The position numbers and the translations under genes are program-made. From Thermoanaerobaculia bacterium (GTDB lineage: Bacteria > Acidobacteriota > Thermoanaerobaculia > Gp7-AA8), in assembly GCA_963715895.1 (NCBI GenBank), contig OY970284.1:5167600-5231599 (forward strand): a DNA stretch of 64,000 bases, given 5' to 3'. This document shows, one piece after another, positions 1 to 9,140 of the stretch. Each line of letters begins with the position of its first letter. Positions within the stretch are counted from its first letter, which is position 1. The notes beneath the pieces are model-generated. The model worked only from the letters and a program-made list of their open reading frames with translations. It was not told where the DNA came from and did not search any database.

Positions 1-743
1 AATCCTTCGAGTACGCCGACCGGATCGCGCTCGTCCCGGACCGTGAGGTGCCACGGCACACCCACACCGACGCGCACTTCGTGCTCGTGCTCCGCGGGAC
101 GTACATCACGGAGGCGGGCGATACGCCGGGCCTCTGCGGACCGGGGACGCTCATCTTCAATCCCGCCGGCACCAGTCACCGCGACCGATTCCGTACCGAT
201 CTCGGACGCTTCTTCACGATCTCCCTCGGCCCGGAGCTGACGGCGCGTTTCGCGAACGATCCAGCCACGACCATCCCGGCGCCCGGCCTCGTGCTGGCTG
301 CGAATCGGGCGCATGGGGAGTTGCTGCGCGAGACGGCGCTCTCCGAGCTCGTTCTCGAAGACCTCGGCCTGGAGCTGGTGGCGCGCCTGTTACGAGTCAA
401 CGTGTCTCACGACCGGCAGCCGCCGCGGTGGCTGCTGCGGGTACGCGACTCCATCCACGACCGCTGCACGGAGAGAGTGACGATCCGCGAGCTGGCAGCC
501 GAGGCGGGTGTGCATCCGATTCATTTGGCAAGGACCTTCCGGCGGTACTTCGACTGCTCGCCGGGTGAATACCTCCGGCGTTGCCGGATCGAGAAGGTCC
601 GCGTGCTTCTGGCAACGACGGACACGCCTCTGGCGGAGCTCTCGTTCCAGGCAGGGTTCAACGATCAGAGCCAGCTCACCAACGTCTTCCGGCGGCTCAT
701 CGGCGTACCGCCGGGAGAGTACCGGCGATCGTTCATGGCGTAA
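1..743 (+). CDS. AraC family transcriptional regulator (cupin N-domain + HTH), probably 5'-truncated by the window edge
   Basis: The C-terminal region IRELAAEAGVHPIHLARTFRRYFDCSPGEYLRRCRIEKVRVLLATTDTPLAELSFQAGFNDQSQLTNVFRRLIGVPPGEYRR is a typical AraC double HTH. The frame stays open upstream of the GTG at 48 back to nt 3. Confidence 0.8.
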   Translation, partial: SFEYADRIALVPDREVPRHTHTDAHFVLVLRGTYITEAGDTPGLCGPGTLIFNPAGTSHRDRFRTDLGRFFTISLGPELTARFANDPATTIPAPGLVLAANRAHGELLRETALSELVLEDLGLELVARLLRVNVSHDRQPPRWLLRVRDSIHDRCTERVTIRELAAEAGVHPIHLARTFRRYFDCSPGEYLRRCRIEKVRVLLATTDTPLAELSFQAGFNDQSQLTNVFRRLIGVPPGEYRRSFMA

Positions 744-986
744 CAGGAGGAAAGACCTGTCATCCTGAGCGGTCCAACGGGGCGAGCGCCGTTGATGAGG
801 GAATGAACCGGTATCCTGCACGTGCGGTCCCGCAGACGAGGCCGTCAAAGCAGTGGTGCTCGGTACGAGCCCGTTCCTGAGAGTGGTCCCGGAAGGCCGA
901 AGTCGCCTTGGTGACGCGGCACGATTAGGAGTCGTGTTCGCGATCCCGTTTAGAAGAGTCATTTGAGCTAGGTCTTCCGCTGCGGG

Positions 987-1009
987 TCCGCAAAATTTCA
1001 TTTTGCGGA
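987..1009 (+). promoter_or_regulatory. 10-bp stem-loop overlapping the transposase Shine-Dalgarno
   Basis: TCCGCAAAAT-TTC-ATTTTGCGGA. The 3' arm overlaps GGAGG (1007-1011), 8 nt upstream of the ATG at 1019. Confidence 0.6.
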
Positions 1010-1018
1010 GGTGTTGTC

Positions 1019-2383
1019 ATGGCAAAGCGACCTCGGGTCCTCCGGTCCAAACGCAAGATTATCGGTGATCTGGTCGTAGTCAACCCGGATGCAGCAGGAA
1101 TCGACGCCGGGTCGGAAGAGCACTGGGTGTCGGTTCCCGAAGATCGCAGCGATCAGCCGGTTCGCTCGTTCGGAACATTCACGGCCGATCTACATGCACT
1201 GGCCGACTGGCTGGTGGAATGCCGGATCACCACGGTGGCCATCGAAGCGACGGGGGTGTATTGGATTCCGCTATTCGAGATTTTGGAGGAGCGCGGTCTG
1301 AACCCGAAACTGGTCGACTCGCGAAGCATCGGCTCACGAAAAAAGAAGTCAGACGTGGTCGACTGCCAGTGGCTCCGGCAACTGCACACGTATGGTCTGC
1401 TCAACGGAGCGTTCCGGCCAGGTGCAGACATGCTTCCGCTCCGGGCGTTGATGCGTCAGCGAGACATGCTGATCAGGTACGCCGCTGACCATATCCGGCA
1501 CATTCAGAAAGCTCTCGATCTGATGAATGTGAAGCTTCACCTAGCCGTTTCCGACACGGTTGGCGTCACCGGACTGCGGATCATTCACGCGATCCTTTCC
1601 GGAAAACGTGATCCGATGGAACTGGCCGCATTACGCGAGCCGAGCTGCAAGAGCTCCGAGGAAACCTTCGTGAAGGCGTTGACAGGCAACTACCGCGCTG
1701 AGCATCTGTTTGCGCTCAAACAAGCGGTGGATCTGTTCACCACCTACCAGAACAAGATCAAAGAGTGCGATGCGCAGATAGAGGCTGCGCTCTCGAAGTT
1801 CGACAAAACGCCGGCCACGGCCAGTCTGACACCCAAGCCTGCAAAACGGCGTCGCAAGAACCAGCCTCACTTCGACGGACGGACCCTCCTGTTCGAAATC
1901 ACCGGCATTGATCTCACGTCGGTTCCCTCGCTGGAAGCCTCCACGATCCTGACCATCATCTCCGAAACTGGGACGGACATGTCTGCCTGGTACAACGGCA
2001 AACACTTCGCAGCTTGGCTCAACCTCAGCCCGAACAATCGCATCACCGGCGGCAAACGAATCTTCAAAAACATGCCCGTGATCCGACCAAACCGCGCTGC
2101 TCAGGCCTTTCGAATAGCCGCTCAAACTCTCGAACGGGCTCAGTGTGCTCTCGGAGCATTCTTCCGCCGGGTCAGATCCCGGCTGGGCCGCTCAGGCGCC
2201 ATCAAAGCAACCGCTCACAAGCTCGCCCTCATCTTCTACTCCATGCTCAAGAACAAAACCCAATACCGCGAAGCGGGTGTCGACTACTACGAGGCTCGCT
2301 ATCGCGAACGTCTCGTCAACTCCTTGAAGAAAAAGGCCGCCGAGTTCGGCTTCAACCTCACTCCGATTCAGGAGGTTCATTAG
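1019..2383 (+). CDS. IS110 family transposase/recombinase
   Basis: N-terminal DEDD-like motifs are present (AGIDAGSEEHWV, VAIEATGVYWIPL, SDVVDCQWLRQL). The C-terminal Tnp domain is also present (LTSVPSLEASTILTIISETG...AAWLNLSPNNRITGGKR...HKLALIFYSMLKN). GGAGG lies upstream of the ATG. Confidence 0.9.
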   Translation: MAKRPRVLRSKRKIIGDLVVVNPDAAGIDAGSEEHWVSVPEDRSDQPVRSFGTFTADLHALADWLVECRITTVAIEATGVYWIPLFEILEERGLNPKLVDSRSIGSRKKKSDVVDCQWLRQLHTYGLLNGAFRPGADMLPLRALMRQRDMLIRYAADHIRHIQKALDLMNVKLHLAVSDTVGVTGLRIIHAILSGKRDPMELAALREPSCKSSEETFVKALTGNYRAEHLFALKQAVDLFTTYQNKIKECDAQIEAALSKFDKTPATASLTPKPAKRRRKNQPHFDGRTLLFEITGIDLTSVPSLEASTILTIISETGTDMSAWYNGKHFAAWLNLSPNNRITGGKRIFKNMPVIRPNRAAQAFRIAAQTLERAQCALGAFFRRVRSRLGRSGAIKATAHKLALIFYSMLKNKTQYREAGVDYYEARYRERLVNSLKKKAAEFGFNLTPIQEVH

Positions 2384-2420
2384 AAGACGCCGGAGGCGCG
2401 TAGCCGCAGGCGGAGCGCCG

Positions 2421-2523
2421 GAGGACGGTCGAAGGACCCCCGGCTGCTAACCCGGTTGGGTGGTGGAAGTCGGCGGCCCCCGCCCGTCCCGGGTTAGCAG
2501 CCGGGGGTCCTTCGACCGTCCTC
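2421..2523. repeat. 35-bp perfect inverted repeat with a 33-nt spacer
   Basis: GAGGACGGTCGAAGGACCCCCGGCTGCTAACCCGG (2421-2455) is the exact reverse complement of 2489-2523. Confidence 0.9.
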
Positions 2524-2636
2524 AGCCCCATCCGGGGCATCGGCGACTCAGGATGACGTGTGTTTGTATTGGGGATTCGCCCTACGATGTTTCGTCCGCA
2601 CAAGACCTACGCGGTTCCCCGCTCTATTCTGTCGAC

Positions 2637-3722
2637 ATGCGCCGCGTACTGATCGCCCTACTCGTTGCCACCTTCGCACTCCCCTCCTTCGCCGACGACT
2701 GGCAGACCGCCGACCCCGCCTCGGCCGGCCTCAACGCCGCGCGGCTCGAAACGATGGCCGCGGCCATCAAGGCCGGGGACTTCAAGAGCATCACCAGTGT
2801 GCTGATCGAACGGCACGGAAAACTCGTTTATGAGGCGTACTTCGACGCCGGCGGCGCGGAAGAGCTTCGGAACACACGCTCGGCCACGAAGACGATCACC
2901 GGCATGCTGGCCGGGATCGCCATCGACCGCGGCCAGCTCGCCGGCGTCAGCACCCCCATCCTCCCCTTCTTCAAGGACAAGCTGCCGCTGGCCAATCCCG
3001 ACAAGCGAAAGGAGCAGATCACCGTCGAGGATCTGCTGACCATGAGCTCCCTCCTCGAATGCGACGACTGGAACGATCACTCGCGCGGCAACGAGGAGGG
3101 GATGTACCTGATCGAAGACTGGAGCCGTTTCTATCTCGATCTTCCGATCAAGGGCTTCCCGGCGTGGACAAAGAAACCTGCCGATTCACCTCACGGCCGC
3201 GCCTTCAGCTACTGCACCGCCGGCGTATTCGTTCTCGGCAGAGTGATCGAGCGCGCCACGAAGACGCCGATCCCCGACTTCGCCAACCGTAATCTCTTCC
3301 TTCCCCTCGGCATCCAAAAGGCGGAGTGGCAGTTCTCCCCGCTGGGCGAGGCCATGACCGGCGGCGGACTCGGCCTCCGCAGCCGCGATCTGCTCAAGCT
3401 GGCGCGGCTCTACCTGAACGGCGGCAGGTGGGAAGGAAAGCAGATCGTTCCCGCCGCCTGGGTGGCGCAGTCGCTCCAACCGCATGCGCGCATCGACGAC
3501 GACAACGAGTACGGCTACCTGCTGTGGATGCGCGCCTTCCGCAAGAACGATCCGGCCAGCTTCGCCTGGTACATGAGCGGCAACGGCGGCAACAAGATCC
3601 TCGGCTTCCCCACGCTGGATATGGCCGTGGTCATCACCACAACCAACTACAACATCCGCAACGCCCACCCGCTGGTGGAACAGCTCATCGCGGAACACGT
3701 TCTCGCGGCGGTCGAGAAGTGA
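2637..3722 (+). CDS. Serine hydrolase, beta-lactamase (class C/PBP-like) family, secreted
   Basis: The signal peptide MRRVLIALLVATFALPSFA is present. The SxxK motif SATK lies in NTRSATKTITGML. The track ORF (2460) extends upstream through the inverted repeat, so the ATG at 2637 is preferred. Confidence 0.8.
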   Translation: MRRVLIALLVATFALPSFADDWQTADPASAGLNAARLETMAAAIKAGDFKSITSVLIERHGKLVYEAYFDAGGAEELRNTRSATKTITGMLAGIAIDRGQLAGVSTPILPFFKDKLPLANPDKRKEQITVEDLLTMSSLLECDDWNDHSRGNEEGMYLIEDWSRFYLDLPIKGFPAWTKKPADSPHGRAFSYCTAGVFVLGRVIERATKTPIPDFANRNLFLPLGIQKAEWQFSPLGEAMTGGGLGLRSRDLLKLARLYLNGGRWEGKQIVPAAWVAQSLQPHARIDDDNEYGYLLWMRAFRKNDPASFAWYMSGNGGNKILGFPTLDMAVVITTTNYNIRNAHPLVEQLIAEHVLAAVEK

Positions 3723-3732
3723 CGGTGAGGTT

Positions 3733-6700
3733 CTAAGGCAGATCGATCGTCGCCGTCTCCCCCGCCACGATCATCACCGGCAGGCTGCGGATGACCGTCC
3801 GGTCGGCGGCGATCGTCGAAATCAGATAGGAGCCGGGCGGGAGGGAGTCGTAGGGGCCGTTCAGCCCGATCTGGATGGGGCCGAGGAAGCGTTGCGTTAC
3901 GCCGCCGGGGACGTCCAACCGGACCATTTGCGCACTTCGGGCGCGGATCAGCAGCGAACCGGCGCGTGAAATGGCCACGCTCACCTCAGCGGGCGGCGTG
4001 GTGAAACTCATCATCCTCGGGACGTATCCGCGCGCATACGCACTGGCGTTATAACTTCCCGGCTTGAGCCACACTTTGAAGGTGCCCGTATCGACCTTCG
4101 TGGCCTGGCCGTTGAACTTGTGTGCCGCGTCGGTGACTGCCACGTTCCCGTCGACCGGCGAGCCGGTCGTGGCGTCGACGACGTGAATGAGCACCGCCGG
4201 ACCCTCCTCCAAGCGGATCTCGACGTCCGGCACGGCACCGTTGGCGATGACGATCTGCTGGGACGACGTGACGTACTGATCGCTGCTCACGTTCAGATCG
4301 TACGTGGCGTCGGCCAGCGCATCGATGGTGAATCGGCCGTCGGAATCGGTGCTTGTCGACCCGTATGCCGGCAACCGTGAGGTGACGGTGACGCGCGCGC
4401 TCGACACCGGCCCGCCTGTGGATGCATCGACGACATGGCCTCGCAGCAGCGCGCCGCGGATGTCGATGTCGAACGTTCCGCTCGCGGCCACCGTGTATTT
4501 CGTTCCAAAGGCGACGTTGGGAGCATTGACGCGTACGTCGTAGTCACCCGTGGACAGTCCGGAAGCGATGTAGCTGCCGTCGGACGAGATCATGGCATTG
4601 GCCACCTGCCGGTCCGCCGATGGCGGGATGCCCGGCTGCCTGCTCGGCATGAAAAGGACGCTGCCCGTCGTCACCAGCCCGCCGGCGCGGGTCACATGCC
4701 CGCTGACAGTTATCCCCGCGTCGAAATTCATCTCCACCGCCGGCGCAATGCCGTTCTCGATGGTGATGGTCTTTGAAGGCGCCATGCGGCGCTGCCCCGC
4801 CGCATTCAGAAACGCGTCGACCCGCACCCGGCCGTCGGGCATCCCGCTGAGCGTGAAGTTACCGCCGGAGTCGGCGAAGGCCTGATTGCGCGTCGTGTTG
4901 CCCGATGCTGTGACCGTCACCTGCGTGAACTGCTCCGGCGGAATTCCTGTCACCCGTCCGTTGATCGTCGCGCCGGTCTCCATCGTCAGCGTGACCGGTC
5001 CGCTCTGCGGCAGAACGACGTCACTGGCATCCGCGCTTACGTAGCCGTCCTTCCGCGCCGTCACCTTGTAGGTGCCATCCGCGAGTCCCTGCAGGACGAA
5101 CGACCCCTCGCCGTCCGAGCTCACCATCCCCACCGGCCGGCCATCGCCGCCGACCGTGGCCACATTCGCCATGGCGATCCCCTGGCCGGAGTGGTCGACG
5201 ACGCGGCCATGCAGCTCGCGGCCGGGATCGAGCTCGGCATCGAGATGAATGTCCTTCCCTGCCGTGATCGTGACCGGCTTGTGCAGGATGACGAAGCCCT
5301 GCTTCTGAAACTCGATCGTTTGATCCCCTTCCGCCAGCCCTTCGAGCGTGTACAGACCGTCGCCGTCCGTCGTGGCATTGCCGAAGAACGCCGAGCGCTG
5401 GAAGGCCAGGCGTACCTGCGCTCCGGAAACCGGGGCGCTCGCCGCGGTGACGCGGCCGGAGACCGTCGCACCGCGGTCGAGGGAGATATCGATGCCGCTG
5501 ACGGTCTTGCCATCCTCGACCGTGATGTCGCCGCGCGTAGCGGCCACATATCCGGTCGCATGAACCATGAGTTGCAACTGGCCGGGAGGGATATTGTCGA
5601 GGGCGTAGTGGCCATCGTCCGCATGGATCGGCTGACCGCCAGAGAACGAGCTCCCGGGACCGATGACGTTCGGGGTGGTGCGCCCCGGCAGGAGAATCGT
5701 GAAGTCGGTGACCGGCTGCTGCGTGGCCCGATCGAGGATGCGGCCCTCGACGCGTGCCCCCCGAGGCATCGTGATCGTCACATCGCTGGCCGGCGCGGTG
5801 ACGGATCGAGGCGTTGACGAAAGCCGGCGGTCGCTGGAGAACGCCGTGACCATCGTTGCGCCGGGGGCGATGCCCGCGATCCTGAATGTCCCGTCGGAAC
5901 CGGTGTTGGCATTCCGCGGCATGATCCCCGTCGGCGTCTCCACGATGGCATCGGCGACCGGCGTGCCGTCGGCAAGCACCACGCGCCCGCTGATCTCGAT
6001 GCCGCGGTCGACGTGCACGACGACGGTCGCCGTACGCGCGGACAGCACCTGATTCGGCATCCGCACCGGCGCCACGTCGTCGCCGAACACCATCAGATCG
6101 TGGCGTCCTTCGATGGTCCTGACGGCGACCAGTCCCTCCGCGTTGGTGCGGTGACAGTCAGGAAGGGAAGGATCAGCACAGGCGATGAAAGAACGATCCG
6201 CTCCCTGCGCCGCGCTGCGCGAAACGTTCACCTGCGCATTCGGCACGGGACGTTCGCGCTTGTCGAGGACACGCACCTGCGCGACGAAGCCGTGCACGAG
6301 CGTGATGTTGACGTTGTCGCGGACCTCGCCCGGCTGCCAGACTCGCGACGGCGAGCTGCCGGTGACGTAGTCGCGCTTCCATGCATAAACCGGCAACGGC
6401 AGCGAAGAAGCAGTTGTCGTGATACGCACGGCAAATTCGCCGGCCGCATTCGTCGATGTCGATCGCCCGCGCGCGAGGCCGGGGCTGCCCGCGGAGACAA
6501 ATGCTGCCGCCACCGGTTTCTTGTCCTCATCGAGGACATGCCCCCGCGCACGTGCAAACGGCTGCGCCGTAAAGACGCGGCTTCGCTTCGCCGGGAGCGC
6601 GATACTGGCCTGCTCGATCGCAAACGATGGATGCATCCCGTTGACCGAATAGGAGCGCGGGAGAAGCGAAGCGAACGTGAAGCTCCCCTTGGCATCAGTG

Positions 6701-7575
6701 AGAGCGATCGCCGACGTATCGTCCGGACCACTCAGAGTCATCCGCGCGCCGGCGACGGCCACACCATGCTTGAGCTCGCGCACGGTGCCGGTGAACGTGG
6801 CACCCGGGGCGAGAGGGATCTCGACGGACGCTGCTTTCGAGCGGTTCGCGGATCCGACGTCGCTGCCGTGACTGGCCGTGATCGACTTCCAGCCGTCAGG
6901 AGCGTGGGCGATGGCGAACGTCCCGTCGTCACCCGTCTCCGCCAGCGGCCAGCCATTGATCGAAACGATCGCGTGCGCGACCGGATCGGCTCCCTTGACG
7001 ACACGGCCGCGAACGGCCACACCACGGCTCAGTTTGATCTCGGTCGCGTTCGCCAAACCGCCGCGGGACGAAATCGCGTAATCGGGATGGACGACGATGT
7101 AGCTGCCACCAATCTCCGCCGGCACTTCGCCCGACGCTTTCGTCCGATCGACATCGAGACCGGAGACGACGATCGCATTCGCCACCGGCTTGCCGCCGCT
7201 GGTGACGCGTACGGTACGTGCGGACGGAGAGGCGAGAACGACCGAGCCGAGGTCGTCGCCGTCGACCGTGGCGATGGTCATGCGGCGGCGAGAGGGTGCC
7301 TCGATCGTCACGTCGACGGCGCCCGGAGTTTTCAGCTCGATCGAGAATGATCCGTTTTCGGCCGACTGCACCGAGGCCACCGGGTCGCGCTCGGTCTTAC
7401 CGGCCACCAGCCGCGCGCGCATGGCGTCCGATCCCTCGGCCGCGAACGCGCGGACGGTGGCGCCCGCGATCGGTTTTCCCTCCAGGTCGACGACCGAACC
7501 GGTGATCGCGGCGTGAGCGGTTGCGCAGATGGTCAGGAAAACGGGCAAGGCGAAGGCGATGGCTGGTTTTCGCAT
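3733..7575 (-). CDS. Giant secreted protein made of about a dozen carboxypeptidase-regulatory-like (CarboxypepD_reg) domains
   Basis: The protein is 1280 aa with signal peptide MRKPAIAFALPVFLTICATAHA. A module of type I(S/T)GRVVD..G.P(V/I)A.A.V...... recurs throughout. Confidence 0.8.
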   Translation of the reverse strand: MRKPAIAFALPVFLTICATAHAAITGSVVDLEGKPIAGATVRAFAAEGSDAMRARLVAGKTERDPVASVQSAENGSFSIELKTPGAVDVTIEAPSRRRMTIATVDGDDLGSVVLASPSARTVRVTSGGKPVANAIVVSGLDVDRTKASGEVPAEIGGSYIVVHPDYAISSRGGLANATEIKLSRGVAVRGRVVKGADPVAHAIVSINGWPLAETGDDGTFAIAHAPDGWKSITASHGSDVGSANRSKAASVEIPLAPGATFTGTVRELKHGVAVAGARMTLSGPDDTSAIALTDAKGSFTFASLLPRSYSVNGMHPSFAIEQASIALPAKRSRVFTAQPFARARGHVLDEDKKPVAAAFVSAGSPGLARGRSTSTNAAGEFAVRITTTASSLPLPVYAWKRDYVTGSSPSRVWQPGEVRDNVNITLVHGFVAQVRVLDKRERPVPNAQVNVSRSAAQGADRSFIACADPSLPDCHRTNAEGLVAVRTIEGRHDLMVFGDDVAPVRMPNQVLSARTATVVVHVDRGIEISGRVVLADGTPVADAIVETPTGIMPRNANTGSDGTFRIAGIAPGATMVTAFSSDRRLSSTPRSVTAPASDVTITMPRGARVEGRILDRATQQPVTDFTILLPGRTTPNVIGPGSSFSGGQPIHADDGHYALDNIPPGQLQLMVHATGYVAATRGDITVEDGKTVSGIDISLDRGATVSGRVTAASAPVSGAQVRLAFQRSAFFGNATTDGDGLYTLEGLAEGDQTIEFQKQGFVILHKPVTITAGKDIHLDAELDPGRELHGRVVDHSGQGIAMANVATVGGDGRPVGMVSSDGEGSFVLQGLADGTYKVTARKDGYVSADASDVVLPQSGPVTLTMETGATINGRVTGIPPEQFTQVTVTASGNTTRNQAFADSGGNFTLSGMPDGRVRVDAFLNAAGQRRMAPSKTITIENGIAPAVEMNFDAGITVSGHVTRAGGLVTTGSVLFMPSRQPGIPPSADRQVANAMISSDGSYIASGLSTGDYDVRVNAPNVAFGTKYTVAASGTFDIDIRGALLRGHVVDASTGGPVSSARVTVTSRLPAYGSTSTDSDGRFTIDALADATYDLNVSSDQYVTSSQQIVIANGAVPDVEIRLEEGPAVLIHVVDATTGSPVDGNVAVTDAAHKFNGQATKVDTGTFKVWLKPGSYNASAYARGYVPRMMSFTTPPAEVSVAISRAGSLLIRARSAQMVRLDVPGGVTQRFLGPIQIGLNGPYDSLPPGSYLISTIAADRTVIRSLPVMIVAGETATIDLP

Positions 7576-7593
7576 ATATGTCGTTCGGACGGT

Positions 7594-8238
7594 TCAGGAA
7601 GAAAGACGTTTCACGATTGCAACATGTCCATGTGCGGCGGCGAGATCCGAGGGAGTCTTGCCGTCATCGCCGGCGGCGCGCGGATCGGCGCCGTGGGCGA
7701 GAAGAAGATCGATGATGGTTTCGTCGCCATGCTGCGCGGCGGTGTGCAACGCGGTGTAGCCAAGCTGCTGACGTGCGTTTGCCTCCGCGCCGCGACCGAG
7801 GAGCCGCGTCATCGAGGCGGCGTCGCGGACGGCAGCCGCGGCATGAACGGGCGCCACGCGAAAGACATTGCGCGCGGCCGCATTCACGTCCGCCCCGCGC
7901 TCGATCAGCGTCCGCGCCAGGTCCGGCTGGCGAAAGAAGATTGCCAGTCCGAGCGAAGGGAATCCATCCTCCGAATACGCATCGAGCAGATCGGGATCTC
8001 CGTCGAGCATCCGCAGCGCCAGCGACGCATCACCGAGCGCGCACGCCTCGCCGAACGTCAATACCGCGCCGCGATCGAGAAAGAGCCGCGCCAGCTCCGC
8101 ATGTCCGTTGTAAACCGCGAAGAGGATCGGCGTAACGCCATTCTGCCGCGCACCGATCAGCGAGCGATCCCCATCGAGCAGCGCCGCGACCGCCGCTGCA
8201 TCGTTCGTACGGATGGCTTCGAAGAGATCGTTTGACAT
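7594..8238 (-). CDS. Ankyrin repeat protein
   Basis: Ankyrin consensus repeats are present (GVTPILFAVYNGHAELARLFLDRGA; YTALHTAAQHGDETIIDLLLAHGADP; KTPSDLAAAHGHVAIVKRL). The gene ends 18 nt upstream of the giant repeat protein on the same strand. Confidence 0.85.
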   Translation of the reverse strand: MSNDLFEAIRTNDAAAVAALLDGDRSLIGARQNGVTPILFAVYNGHAELARLFLDRGAVLTFGEACALGDASLALRMLDGDPDLLDAYSEDGFPSLGLAIFFRQPDLARTLIERGADVNAAARNVFRVAPVHAAAAVRDAASMTRLLGRGAEANARQQLGYTALHTAAQHGDETIIDLLLAHGADPRAAGDDGKTPSDLAAAHGHVAIVKRLSS

Positions 8239-8608
8239 GCGCCTCTACTCTGTGGAGAACACCATTGTCCGCGAAAGTTGCTGGACAGTCTAAGGCGGTG
8301 CCCCCTCACTCCACCTATTGCAGAGTTTCGTCATCTCCCGCCCCACCTCGGCGACAATTTTCCGGCACGAATCTTGAGAAGGAACAAGGTGATGGAAAAA
8401 CGGCTTTGCGAGGTTTGCGGGCATTCGCGGGCGGCACACGTCGATGGGGTGCACTGCGCGCTCTGCCGTTGCGCCTCGGAACGGCCCGCGGCGGTGCAGC
8501 AGTCGCTGGCGTTCCGTACCGCGCTGCCGGTTCGTACCGCCGGCATGGGCCGGAAGCGGTAGTCGGGCCGGCAGGATTACTTGGGCCCTCATCGTCGTTG
8601 CCATCCTT

Positions 8609-8827
8609 ATGAGCGACAAGGCCACGAAAGTTTCGAAGACCGTTTCCGTGTCCGAACGCAACCTGCAAAGCGCGGCCCTCCGGCTGCTGCCGAAGCACAA
8701 CAAGCTCGTCTCGCCCGAGGTCGATTATCTTCGACGGGTCCTCGGCGAGCGGGCCACACAGCAGCAGATCGACGAGAAAGTGCTGCAGGTTCGCAAGCTC
8801 CCCTGGTCGGAAATCGTCCACGATTGA
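8609..8827 (+). CDS. Hypothetical small protein (72 aa)
   Basis: The ORF starts at an internal ATG of the track ORF 8444..8827 (MSDKATKVSK...). Composition looks protein-like, but no recognisable motif was found. Confidence 0.35.
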   Translation: MSDKATKVSKTVSVSERNLQSAALRLLPKHNKLVSPEVDYLRRVLGERATQQQIDEKVLQVRKLPWSEIVHD

Positions 8828-8985
8828 ACGACGCAGCCCGCCCCTCTGACGACGCATCGATCCCTTCTCCGGAAGGCGCATGCGATGCGCCCGCCGTGGC
8901 CGAGAACCCTCCTCCCCGCCCCGAAATCCGCGCCGCCCTCGAGCCGACGTGCTGTGGGTCTGGTTGCGCGGACTGTCCTTTCTGA
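8824..8985 (+). CDS. Mini-protein ending in an oxidoreductase-like CCxSGCxxC motif
   Basis: A TTG start at 8824 overlaps the TGA of the upstream ORF (ATTGA). The C-terminus PRPEIRAALEPTCCGSGCADCPF resembles the Oxidored-like (PF09791-type) P..P...CC.SGC..C signature. Confidence 0.4.
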   Translation: MNDAARPSDDASIPSPEGACDAPAVAENPPPRPEIRAALEPTCCGSGCADCPF

Positions 8986-8993
8986 CGCGCTAC

Positions 8994-9094
8994 GCGCGTT
9001 GTCGGTTATCGGTTATCGGTTGTTGGTCCCGCGGCACAGCCGACCACGATGTGATTACCCGAATCCAACCGACAACCGATAACCGATAACCGAT
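8994..9094. repeat. Heptamer-arm hairpin element, copy A (CGGTTRT type)
   Basis: The left arm is GCGCGTTGTCGGTTATCGGTTATCGGTTGTTGG. The right arm is CCAACCGACAACCGATAACCGATAACCGAT. The loop is about 38 nt and contains CCGCGG. Confidence 0.85.
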
Positions 9095-9140
9095 TCCAGC
9101 GCAGCAGTAGACAAAACCTTCAGGCCAGACGTACCGTCTC

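Larger units (their letters stand above)
744..2523 (+). mobile_element. IS110-family insertion sequence (approximate extent; true ends cannot be fixed from a single copy)
   Basis: A single DEDD-type transposase ORF is flanked by about 275 nt of upstream and about 140 nt of downstream non-coding sequence. It sits between an AraC gene and a serine hydrolase gene. IS110 elements lack classical terminal inverted repeats, so the boundaries are uncertain. Confidence 0.5.

Noticed and set aside
6013-7350. Long antisense or alternative-frame ORFs. Examples: 6013..7350, 10033..11106, 10953..12269, 14323..15417, 20049..21440, 24566..26005, 36815..38005, 41417..42655, 49466..51094, 55632..56801 and 60446..61960.
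   Set aside because: They have Arg/Gly/Asp/His-rich, low-complexity translations typical of the opposite strand of high-GC genes. Each fully overlaps a gene with clear family motifs.
8278-8562. Cys-rich small ORF (MEKRLCEVCGHSRAAHVDGVHCALCRC from the ATG at 8392)
   Set aside because: It could be a zinc-ribbon mini-protein. However, the tail is Ala/Arg-rich, several alternative-frame ORFs overlap it, and no family is recognisable. That is not enough support to call it.
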